Positions 26,950-39,953 of a stretch of 64,000 bases of DNA are shown one piece after another. The stretch is from assembly GCF_009914755.1 (NCBI RefSeq), contig NC_060931.1; one strand, 5' to 3'. The notes beneath the pieces were generated by a model. The model saw only the letters and a program-made list of their open reading frames with translations, made no database searches and was not told the DNA's origin. The first letter of the stretch is position 1. Every line of letters starts with the position of its first letter. Source of the DNA: the human T2T-CHM13v2.0 reference genome, Homo sapiens. The position numbers and the translations under genes are program-made.

Positions 26950-29064
26950 CCAAGGACACATTTTTAAACTAAGAAAATGTTCAGTTTGTTAGAATTTAAT
27001 GTGGCATAGGGAAAGGAAAATGAATTTTAGAGGACCAGTCTTTTACAAAAGATTACTGCAAATTTTGGTGGTTTCGTTCAAAAACGTAAAAAAGATCAAT
27101 TTCTTTTTTCATAATGGTAGTTGCTGGACCCTTGTATTGGTGTGGCCATTGGAGATTACAGAAGCCTTTTGTTACTGGAAATAATTTTCAGGCCTCAGAG
27201 TTGTAAGTCAAGAATTGCCTATACTGAACCCTTTGGAGTCTTTTCATTGTTACGAGGTAACTTTGCTTATGTGTGAATTAATGCTTAGGCTTTCAAAGCA
27301 AGAAAAACTAGACATGATATGAACTTTGTCATTCTGCTAAGTTAATACTGAAATGAAAACTTTTACTGATACAAAGACATTTCTGTTACCAGTAAATTGT
27401 GTAGACTTTGTGAGGATTTTGAGATGTGATTTATATTGGCTTATTTTTTAAAAAGCTGGCTTAAAAAGTGACCACAAGTGTGCTAAAAGGTTTATTTGAG
27501 GTAACCACAGTATTATAGTTCCCCTGGCATAATTATTCCGTATTTTGTTTCCATGAGTCAAGGCACAAAGCAAGGATAATCATAATGATTGTAGGAAACA
27601 GCGCTTAGAGCTGGGATCCTAGGATTTTAATACTAGGATCTTTTACTTGTTGCAGCTTCCACATTCCTTTTTGAAAAGCTTTTTTTAAACAATATTTTTT
27701 AGGGCACAGGCGAACTATTTTAGCAGAATGAAGCAGTAATTTAAGAAAAATCTTTATATTCCTGTCCATTTCCACATTCTTTCTGAAAGGCTACTCTTGG
27801 GGGTAGAAATACAGCTGTGGATGAAAAGATTGAGGTAAGGAATACTTTTCTCTTAAATTCTTGTAGCTTGGGTCATTAACTATTGTCATATATGTCGACC
27901 TAGTTCATGGCAGCCAGAGGAGACAAGGTATAAAATTGACTGGGTTGTGATTCAGAGGGGGAAACAATGGAAAATATATTGAACACTTTTACATTACTGA
28001 GACCCCTTCTACACTTTTTTCCTCTTTGGTTTTAGACTGTATAAAGTATTGTGTTGGTACTGTAGATACAGCGTGTGGCTATTGATATTGATATAAGAAA
28101 ATCTGTTAAGGTTCCTCTTTCAGCAGTTATGGGGATCTTCATTCAGAGCAATAAGATCATTTCTCCTAGGTGTTACATGTTGGCAGACTGAAGAAGACAA
28201 AGACGTCTTGTCTTCACATTGTTTTATGGCCACGACTTTGAATTCATTTGATCACTTAAGAGGTATCGCAGACACTGTAGCTAATTAGAAGGAAGGGGGC
28301 AGTTTTATTGTGAATATGTTCAGTGAAGAAGATAGCAGTGTTTGTATTGCACAGGCTGTATGAACGTGTATTTTGTTGGGGAGAGAGAGACTGAGAATCT
28401 GGATTCTTGGGTTAAAGTTTCTACCTTGCTGCTGGCACTTTGTCCTTAACCAAGTTATTGCTGCTCTTTGACCCTCAGTTTCTGTGATTGTACCAGAATG
28501 CAGATGTTGTATTCTTCTAACACTGTGAAGATGTTATACATGCTGGAGTACTTAAAATTCCCTCTTCCTTAAAATTGAGAAAAAAAAGTAGATTAAAAAA
28601 ACTAGGAACTACCTGGACTTTGATAATATTAATATTTTAGATAAACCAGCACTGAAGTATGTGATACCTACAAAGAACAACACCTCAAGAGTTTCTGCTT
28701 TGTGGTAATGACTCACTTTGGTAAAATTATGCTGTGCACATGGTTATTAGACTACTGTAGATACCAGTGGGTACATTAGATTGAAAAACGTAAATGAAGT
28801 GGTCTTATGTATACAATTTTTTGCAGTTGCCTTTTGTTGGGAAGAGATTAATATGAGATAGTGTAACTTTTTTGTTTGGGGTGGGCGGGGGTGGGCATGC
28901 CTATTGGTGGTGATCTGAGGATTGTAACTTTAGATCTTTTACATTGAAATTATAGAAATTTGATTGTTATGGATAATTCATGGTGAAGGAATGTAATGAA
29001 ATTATTATTATTATTATTTTTAATGACTAACCCATGTTCCTAGATGTATTCATTTTTGGCTTAG

Positions 29065-29394
29065 CTCTCCTCTCCTCTCCTCTCCTGTCCTCTCTCTTTC
29101 TTTCTTTTATTTTTTTTTAGAGAGGGGGTCTTGCTTTGTCACTCAGGTTGAAGTGCAGTGGTACAATCTCACTGCAGTCTGAACCTCCTGGCTCAAGCAA
29201 TCCTCCCGTTTCAGTCCCCTAAGCAGCTGGTACTACAGGTATGCACCACCATGCCCGGCTGTTTTTGTATTTTCGGGGGAGGCAGGGTTTTTCCATGTTT
29301 CCCAGGCTTGTCTCAAACTCCTGAGCTCAGAGAATCTACCTGCCATGGCCTCCCAAAGTGCTTGGATTACAGGTGTAAGCCACTGTACCTGGCC
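29065..29394 (-). mobile_element. AluJ with a (CTCTC)n-converted tail
   Basis: Diverged antisense Alu preceded by ctctcctctcctctcc. Confidence 0.88.
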
Positions 29395-30293
29395 TGCTTT
29401 TCAGTTTTTCAGTAAGTAAATTGTGAGGCATATATGTTGATTCTTCTGGCTTTGGAAAATCCTTCCCTATACCCTATTTATGTAGACTGAATGAAATTGA
29501 TAAGATACAGTATTTTCTTCCTAGACTGTTCAACACTGGCGTGAAATGGTTCTTGTGTAGGACTCCTTGCCCTCTTCCAGGTAGCTCTCTTTATTCAGTA
29601 CATGTTTTACATGCATTCTCTGTGTTTCAAACCTGAGAGATGTCAGAGGAATATAAGAGATGGTCCCTATTTTCCAGGGCTTCACCTCTGGGTTAATTAC
29701 TTTGGGACAGTTTAAAGTAAATAAACTGTAAAAAAATACTCTTGGAAAAGTTGGTGAATGATACGTGCTTAATTTTTCACTAATCTCCCTCGTGGTTTTT
29801 ATAATGCCATGTGTTTTTCTTGGGAGGGTTTCCTTACAGCTGTATTTGTGATCTTGGGCTAGAATTTATGAGCTGCCACCATGAAGGTCTGCCTCTGGCT
29901 TTGGCATCAGAGATGGCGAGTTGTGTGGTTTGTTTTCTTATTGTTAATGTGAGAATTTTTCCTAATCAAAATAAATGCCTATGTGTTTTTCCTGACTTTC
30001 TTGTTGGATTGACTAAGGAAGTTGTGTGAATTATAAAAATTTCTTCCTGAAATGAAGGACAAAATTTCCAAAGCAGGATGCATTGAGATTGTCTGAAGAA
30101 ATGTATGTCTTCTGGTTTTAGTATTTAGACTTGAAGTTTTTTTTTTTTTTTTTTTTTTTTAACCGTAATAACTAGGAAAAGTAGAAAAGTTAAAAGAAAC
30201 AAAAAACATCACGGTGGGAAATAGAAGGAGAAAACCAGACATTTATGAAAACCATTCTGGATCTCACAGATGCTATTAAGATTAGTAAACGTT

Positions 30294-30909
<616 letters not shown>

Positions 30910-33320
30910 CTAGTCTCAGGGATATTTGAGCTGCACTCAGTAGGCTACTTTGCATTTGTAAAATTCTCACACATCAAATTGCATCATCTTTGGCTTTTTG
31001 ATTTCATGCACGCAGTCTGTGAAAGGCTAAGCCAGGTATGTGGTTACATATAAACTTACTACCAACTAGCGCTGTCCTTTTTCTACTCCTTAAGAGGTTT
31101 ATTGGGGCAATAAACTGTTGGCATTATTACTCACCTAGCATAAGCTGATCCTTTCTTTGACTGTTTTTAAGGAAGATGTTGTTTTATCTGCTAAAACAGG
31201 TAGCACGAGATTGACTTCACCAAAGCCTCTTCTAAGACTTTAGAAATGGCTTAAGCTTCGCTGCTTTCTTAGCACTTTTACTGTATAGGCCCTGGTATGT
31301 GGTATTGATACATACAGTAAGTATAAATGTGAGAAGAGAAACCACATTTTCATGCTCTTAAGTGATCCATGCTGTTTTCACTTCTCAGGGTGATTTTTGG
31401 TTGTAGCCAACTCAGAAACTCTCAATTTAATTTGAGATTGTGTGAATTGCTTTCCTAGTCTGTACACCAGAAAGAATGCTTCTCTCCTTACACATTTCGA
31501 CACTTCTTAGTGAAGATCATTTACTTATAGAGTGTATGCATTATATTAGCATATGGCCTGGGTAACTTCAGACTTGTTAACATAGCGTGGGAAAGGTTAC
31601 TGAAAGCATGAGGAGGCAGTATATTATCTCTCAGTTGATTTTGTACACCATTTTGAATATTTTCTGTACATTCCCTTTCCTCTAGTGTTGGTTTCTTATA
31701 CTTATAGTAAAGGGAAACTGATGTTGATATTGTTCAAAAAAGAAATGAAGTGAATTTTTGTATTTTTAAAGAATAAATTAACATGCTTTAAAGTGCTTAA
31801 CCAGTTGTTACAATATCAGTTATCACAGATTGGTATGCGTTGGTCCATGTTATGTATTTGCCTGAATCAACCCTAAGACTGGTTGGCTTATTTCTGCCTT
31901 TTCTTTTCCAAAAGGTATACTTGACATGAAGTAGACTGTGCCTGTTTGATTTTAAGTTTTGAATATGGTGGGAGGTATAGATTAAAGTTAATTTCTTTTG
32001 CATATGGATATTCAATTTTTCTGAAGGCATTTTTGAAAAAGCTGTCCATTCTCCACCTTTGCATTGCCTTTGTACTTTTGTAAACAATCAGTTGTCCATG
32101 TATGTGTGAGTTTATTTCTATACTCTCTATTCTGTTCCTTTGATCTATTTGTCTATCTTTATGCCTATACTATACTGTCTTTATTACTGTAGCTTGCTTT
32201 GTAGTAAGTTTTGAAGTGAGATAATGTTACATAGTTTTGGCTTTTTAAGATTCTTTTCACTAGCGTATGACTTTTAGAATCAGCTTGTCAGGTTCTATAA
32301 AGAATCTGGCCAAGATGTTGGTTGAGATTATATTGATCGTGTGATCAATTTGGGGAGAATTGACAGTTTAAAATATTGAGTTTTCAACTCTCGAACAAGG
32401 TCTATCTCTCTATTTAGATCTTACTTATTTCCTTCAGCAATATTTTGTACTTTTCAGTATATAAGCCTTTCATATATTTTGTCAGATTTATTCCTATGTG
32501 TTTCATATTTTTGATGCAGTATTAAATGGTGGTGTTTTTTAACTTTAGTTTCCAGTTCACTATCAATATGTAGAAATTCACTGATTTTTGTATATTCACT
32601 TGCATTCTGCAACCTTGCTAAACTCACTTATTAGTTCTAGTAGTTTTTTTTGTAGGTCTTACTGGATTTTCTACATGGATGATCATATTTTTAGTGAATA
32701 GAAGCAGCTTATTTCTTTCCTCCTAATCTGGGTATCTTCTCTGTCTTTTTCTTGTCTGATTTCTCTGTCAGGAACTTACAGGATCATGTTTAATAGAAGA
32801 GACAAGACTGGACACTCCTGCCCTTTTCCTGATTTTAGGGGGAAAGACAGAATCTTTTGCCATTAATTCTGAGCTTAGCTATACGTTTTTCATAGTGCCC
32901 TTTATTAGGTTGAGAATGTTCCATTCTAAGTTTGTCAGAATTTTAATCAAGAATGCATGTTATATTTTGTCAAACACCTTTTTTTTGTCTATCAAGATGA
33001 TCATATGATTTTTCTTTTTTTGTTTATTAATATAGTAATACATTGATTGGTTTTTAAATGTGAAACCAAAATGCTTTCCTTGGTAAACTCTATTTAGTCA
33101 TGATATATTAACTTCTAAATAGATTGTTGGATTTGATTTGTTAAAAATGTTTTAAAGAATTTTTACACCTGTGTTCATGAATAAAAATTGGTCTGTAGTT
33201 TTCTTTTGATCTATTTGTCTGGTTTTATTATCAGAGTGATGCTGGCCTCATAGGAAAGGTAGGGAAATATTCCCTTTTCCTCAGTTTCTTAGAAGAGTTT
33301 GTGTAGAATTGTTATTATTT

Positions 33321-33657
<337 letters not shown>

Positions 33658-34359
33658 TGTTATTTCTTTCTTAAATGATAGGTAGAATTTGTCAGTGAAT
33701 CCATCTGGGCCTAGAGTTTTCTTTCTGTGGAAAGGTTTTAAATGAAATATTCATGTTCTTTACTAAATATTGAACTATTTATGTTATCCATTTCTTCTTG
33801 AGTCAGCTTTGGTAATTTATGTCTTTTCAAGGAATTTTTTCATTTTATCAAAGTTGTTGAATTTATTGGCATAAAATTCATATAATATTCCTTCATTATC
33901 CTTTTATATCTATAGAATCTATGGCAATTCTATATCTGTTGATAGCCTCCTTTCCTCCCCTCTTCTCTCTCTGTCATATCAGTATGACTGGGAGTTTATT
34001 AATTTTATTGATCTTCTTGAAGAACAAGCTTTATTTTCATTGATTTTTCTCTGTTGTTTTATATTTCATTGATTTCCTTCTTTCTGCTTACTTTAGTTTT
34101 ACTTTGCTTATTTTTCTGGCTTTTAAAAGTAGGAGCTGAGTTTGTTGATTTAAGATCTTTCTTCTCTTCTAATATAGCCTTTTGATGCTATAAATTTACC
34201 CCCAAATATTACTTTAGCAGCACCCCAAATATTCTGATCTGTGGTATTTTCATTTTCATTCAGTTTAGAGTACTTTCTGATTTCCCTTGTGACTTCTAAT
34301 TGAAACACTCCAAATATTTTAGGGGTTTTCCAGGGATCTTTCTAGTATTGGTTTATTAC

Positions 34360-34626
34360 ATTAAATCAGTCAATTAATTAATTAAGAGACAGGATCTCAC
34401 CCTGTCATCCAGGCTGGAGTGCAGTGGCGTGATCATAGCTCATTGCACCCTTGAATTCCTGGTTTCAAGTGATCCTCTCATATCAGCCTGGCTTTTAAAA
34501 ATCTTTTGTAGAGATAGTGTCTTACTATGTTGCCCAGCATGGTCTTGAATCCTTGCTCTCAAGCAGTTTTCCCTCCTTGGCCTCCCAAAGTGTTGGGATA
34601 ACAGGTATGAGCTACTGAACCTGGCC
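34360..34626 (-). mobile_element. AluJ with ~40-bp internal deletion
   Basis: tcagcct joined directly to ggct; TSD attggttt(a/c)tta. Confidence 0.85.
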
Positions 34627-34680
34627 TGGAATTGGTTTCTTATTTAACTCCATTGTGATTTAAGACAGACAAACACTTTA

Positions 34681-34812
34681 ACTGGGTATGGTGGTGCGCC
34701 TATAGTCCCAGCTGCTTAGGAGATGGAGGTAGGAGGATCACTTGAGCTAGTAGCTGAGTTTAGCCTGGGCAACATAGTGAGACCTTGTCTCTCTAAAAAC
34801 AAAAAACAAAAC
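34681..34812 (+). mobile_element. FLAM_A-like Alu monomer
   Basis: Single monomer, tagtcccagctgcttaggag...gcctgggcaacatagtgagacc, plus A tail. Confidence 0.8.
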
Positions 34813-35232
34813 ACACCTAGAAACAACATTGCTTGTATGACTTGTATCCTTTTAAATTTATTGGCACAATTTTATGGCCCAGAATATGGTCTTTCTTTGT
34901 AGATGTTCCCTGAGCACTTGAGAGGAACGTAATTTTCTTCTGTAGTTGGTAGGAATGTTCTATAAATGCCAGTCAGCCCAAGTTGGTTTATAGTGTTGCT
35001 CAGTTTTATTATATCCTTACGGATTTTTTGCCTGCTTGTTCTATCAAGAGAGGTATATTGATGTCTCTGGCTATAATTGTGGTTTTGTTTCTTTGTTCCT
35101 ATTGTCCTGTGCTATTTTGAGGCTTTGTTATTTGGTACATAAACATTTAGGGTTATGTGGTATTGATTGATTGATCCCTTTATTATTATGAGATGACCAC
35201 CTCTATCCCTGGTAATAGTCTTTGCTCTGAAA

Positions 35233-35236
35233 TCTA

Positions 35237-35295
<59 letters not shown>

Positions 35296-35316
35296 GCCTG
35301 CCTACCTACCTACCTA
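35233..35316 (+). repeat. Compound tetranucleotide STR TCTA(TCTG)4(TCTA)10 TCTG CCTG (CCTA)4
   Basis: Units counted directly. Confidence 0.96.
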
Positions 35317-35355
35317 TATCTGTCAGTCATGTATCTCACTTTATTATCTCTTTTA

Positions 35356-35984
35356 ATTGGAGTATTTTCCATTCAAATGTTAGGTTTGAGACTTTCATGT
35401 TGCCATTTGTTTTTTGTTAGTCGCATTTTTTTTCCTTACCCTCTTTCCCTGCAGCCTTGAGAATGAATAAAGTATTTAAGATTTCATTTTATGTCTTTTG
35501 TTCCCATATTAGCTACAATTATTTTCCTCTTTTTTTTGTGGTTGCATTAGGGAAATACTATATATACACTATATATAATAAAGATATATAAATATATATA
35601 AAATATATATAAAGATATATAAGATATATAGTATATATAAGATATATCATGTATATATAGTATATACATATAAAGATATATATAAAGATATGTAAGATAT
35701 ATAGCATATATAATATATAGTATATATCTATCATATCTTTATATATATAAAGATATATAACATATATATTATATATATACAGTATTTTCCCTAAAGCACC
35801 ACGAAAAACAAGGAAATAAAAAATTGTAGCTAATAAGGGAGCAAAAGAGATAAAATGATATGTTAAATACTTTATTCGTCCACAAGGCCGCAAGAAAGAG
35901 GGTAAGGAAAAAAATGCAACTAATGAAAAACAAATGGCAACATGAAAGTCTCAAACTTAACATTTGAATGGAAAATACTCCAAT
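35356..35984. repeat. Long inverted repeat: 204-bp arms (35356-35559 and 35781-35984) around a 221-bp (TA)-rich spacer
   Basis: Hand alignment of the left arm to the reverse complement of the right arm gives about 25 differences (~88% identity). Confidence 0.95.
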
Positions 35985-36022
35985 ATATTTATATATATAT
36001 ATATATATACATACTATATATA
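35985..36022. repeat. (TA)n tract
   Basis: Directly visible; the host L1 resumes immediately after. Confidence 0.95.
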
Positions 36023-36274
36023 TCTTTAATTTACAGTGGTCTACCTTCACATGATGTTATATCACTTCATGAATAATACAAGAATATTATATTTACTCTT
36101 CTATTTACTTACATTTACGCCTTTATAGCCTTTATACTGTCGATGACATGAGTTTTACTTTTGTATTTGTTAAAAAGGCTACAAAACATTGTTACTATTT
36201 CTGCTTAAACAGTGAATTATCTTTTAAGGATATTTTAAATAATTAAAAAAAAAATCTTGTATATATCCCCATGT

Positions 36275-37749
36275 TTTCACAGGATCCTTAGGGTGTCACT
36301 TCGTCAGCCAGAAACCTCTGTGGCCAGCGTTGCCTCTGCTTCAGTTTTTCTCATTCCTGCTGGGCTCATTCCACCCACTCTGCCCGACAGGCTGCGCTCA
36401 GCTTGTGCTACCAACCTCGGTCCTACGCCAAGGGTGAGCCACATGCAGAGTGGCAAGGATTGTGTGAGCAAGTGAGCGCAGGGTCTGGCCACTGCACACA
36501 GCCAGGCTTAACGGCTGCTGCAGTGGGGAGGGCAGCTCCAGGTGCCCGCACAGGTACCGGCCCCATGTGAGGCTGTGGCTGGACCAGATGTACCACAAGT
36601 GGCTTCCACTGTGGGCACCAATGTCTCTGGATGAGGGGAATGCAGTGGCACCTGAAAGTGCAGAGACCGCCAGGAACCACAGAGCCCCAAAGAGGGGTAT
36701 TACCGGGCTACCTGAAGGGCTGCAGGTCTTCTCTCCTTTTCATTGCCTGTGGTGGTGGGGTGTTATCCCATTTGTGTTACAGCTGTCTTAGTCTTGCCAT
36801 CTGGCAGGTCCCAAGTTCTTGTCTCACATCCAGGAAGAATGGGTTATGTGGACAATTGTAGGGTGATCAAGGCAGAAAGGAACTTTATTGAGTGACAGAC
36901 CAGCTCTCAGTGGAGACCTGAAGTGAGTAGCTCCTATCTGCAGGCAGGTAGTCCCAGTGAGTCCCTGAGTCTGGCTGAGTCCAGGGTTTTTATGGGCTCA
37001 GAATTTAGGAAGTGTGTGCTGATTGGTCCATGGGCAGCCATGGGTGGGCCTGGAAAAAGCACCATTCTAGTGGCCAAAAGGCATCAAGGAACTTCTCACT
37101 CGGGGTTATGGACTCCACTCAGAACTGGCAGCCCAGCCCACAGACTTCATGCCATCCCTGCCTTGAAGGTGGGATTTCACTGCGGACCCACCCTTTCCTG
37201 CCTTGGGACCTGTCTGCCTCCTGCCGTGATCAACATGCTGTCCACAGTAAGGCTGTCTGTGCCAGGAGGCACCTGCAGGCCTATACTGAGCTGCCCTCAG
37301 CAGCTCCAGCCTCCCTCCTGTGCTTACACCCAATGTCTGGAGGGGCCTGAGGTAGCAGGGGGCTGGTATACCAGCATGACCCTGAGTGTGCACATATGCC
37401 GCTAAGTCATAACAGTGCCCAGATTGGCCACAACTTTGCTCCATGCTGCATTAGGCACCGAGAGAGCAGGGAGAGGCCAGAGAAGCAGGAGCAGGCACTT
37501 CTGAGCCTGCAGGGCTTCCCGAGCCCCCAAGAACACATGGATGCTTGGGTCTGTAGCCACATCTAGGCAGCTGCAGCTGCAGCTGCACCTGGGAGTGTGG
37601 GTTCCTGTCCCGCCAACTCTGTAAGGTGCAGGGCTCCTGCTAGGATCACCTGTTCCTGGCCCTTGCTGGTTCTAAGTGAACAGGCCTTCCCCACTGCAGC
37701 GGGTGTCCTCGCAGTGGCCAATCCAGACGGGCCACCATTGCCACCATCA
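36275..37749 (-). mobile_element. Second MER52-family solo LTR, inserted in the old L1
   Basis: tttcacaggatccttagggtgtc ... ccagacgggccaccattgccaccatca; perfect TSD atgt at 36271-36274 and 37750-37753. Confidence 0.9.
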
Positions 37750-39911
37750 ATGTGGTTACCATTTCTTATGCCCTTCATTTCTCTGGGTAGATCCTATTTA
37801 CATCTGAGCGTTTTTCTTTTGCCTGAAGGCCTTCTTTTAACATTTCTTACTGAGAGAATTTACTGATGATGAAATCATTCAGCTTTTGTATGCCTGAAAA
37901 CATCTTCACTTTGCCTTTGTTTTCAAAATTTTTTTCTGGGAATATAATTTTAGTTGGACAGTTACTTTTTCTTTTAGTAATTTAAAAGTGTTGCTCTACT
38001 GTTTTCTCTTAGTGTTTGCCATGACAAAATTTGTGTCACTCTTAGTTTCTGGTAATGTAACTTGTCTTTTTTTTTGACTGCTTTTAAGTGTTTTCTCTCT
38101 AGTGCTGCTTTTGAGCATTTGGTTACATTGTGCCTTACCCTAGTTTCCTTCATGTTTCTTGTGCTTTAGGTTTGTTGAGCTTCTTTGATCTAGGATTCAT
38201 CATTTTTATGAAGTTTGGAAATTTTGGGTTATTATTTCTTTAAGGTTTTTTCCCCTTCTCTTCTGCTTTACCTTTTCAGGGACTCCAATTAACCAGATAC
38301 TAGATAGTTTGAACTCTTCCTAGAGTTTCCTGTGCTACTTTGATTTTTCTTCATTCTTTTTTCTCTTTGCATTTCAGTTTGGATAGTTGCTGTGTCTCAG
38401 GTTCACCAGTCTTTTCTTCTGCTATGTCAAATCTGTTGTTAGTCCTATTCAATGTGTTTTTCATCTCCGACAGCAGTTTCATTTCTAAAGATTTGGTTAC
38501 AGTGTTTTTAAAAATACTTACAAGTCTCTATTTAACTGTTTGAACTTTTGGAATACAGGTACAATGATTGTTTCAGTGTCCTTGTTTGCAATTAACCTCA
38601 GTGCCACTTCTGGGTTGTTTTCACTTTATTGATTATTCTACTCATTATGGGTCATGCTTTTCTGCCTCATTGTGTAACTGGTGATCTTTGGATGCCAGAC
38701 ATTGTGAATTTTACCTTGTTGGATGCTAGGTATTTTGGTATTTCTATAAGTCGCCTTGAGCTTTGTTCTGGGATGCAGTAAAGTTACTTAGAAAAACTTT
38801 GATCACCTGGAGTTTTGTTATTGGCATTTGTTAAGGGAAATCTGGAAAAGAGCTTAGTCTAGGCCTTGGTTATTCCTCATTACTTTTGCAAGACCTTTTT
38901 GAGTATTCAATCTAATCATCTGTGAAGTATGAGTTTTTTAGTCTCTCTCATGGGAACAGGCACTGTTCAGAGTCCTGTGCGAGTCCCAAGAAATGTTCTC
39001 TATAATTCTTTTGGGTGTTTCTTTCCCCAGCCTTGAGTAGCGTCCCCCTGCTTTCGAGCCAGTCTGTACTGTGTTGCAGGTGAACCCTCTGTAGATCTCC
39101 AGGGCTCTCTCTCTGTGTAATTCTCTTCTCTCTAGTCCTCTATCCTATGAACCCCAGCTGCCTTGATGTCCTCAGACTCAACTCTGTCTCCTCAATTCAT
39201 CGAGTTGGCCTGGTTCTGCCCCAGTTTCATCTCCTGGTATTGCACCCTGGAAACTCTCCAGACAATAAGTTGGGTCAGTTATAGGGCTCTCATTTGTTTC
39301 CTGCATCTCAGAGATTACTGTCATTAGTTACTTCATGTCTGGTATCTTGAAAACCATTGTTCATATATTTTTCTGAGTATTTTTTGTTGTTTCAGGCAGG
39401 AGACTGTATCTAGTCACTGTTTCTCCATCTTGACCAGAAGTGGTTCTCCCATATTTCATTTAACAACATCATGAAATCTCTTTCAGCCAAGCTCAAGACC
39501 ATAATTTGTCCTTCTCTGCCTTCTCTTTTGACCCAATGCCTTGTTCTTTCAGTCTTGTCAGTTCTTACTTCCTAGTATATTTGACATTCTTTTGTACTTA
39601 ATGGTAAAAATCTTTAGGTAAACATCATCATTATTAACTTACACTAAAAAATAGTAAAATCATTGGAATGGAGGGAATATTGTCAGAATAGTTATAAGTT
39701 TTGGTGCCCTATCCCAGTGCCATCTTTAAGGTGAGTATTCAGGGAATATTTCTTATACATCTTAATTCAGTGTAAAATTTGCATGTTTTATATGTTGATA
39801 GAGCAGAATTATTTCAGGATGAGTATATTTGTTTAGATCTTTTAAAAAATGTATCTTTAGGGAGGTTTGTGCTTTTCCAGACTGAGCCAGAATGCTCGTA
39901 CTGCATTTTGG

Positions 39912-39915
<4 letters not shown>

Positions 39916-39951
<36 letters not shown>
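39916..39951 (+). repeat. (AC)18 microsatellite
   Basis: Directly visible. Confidence 0.97.
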
Positions 39952-39953
<2 letters not shown>

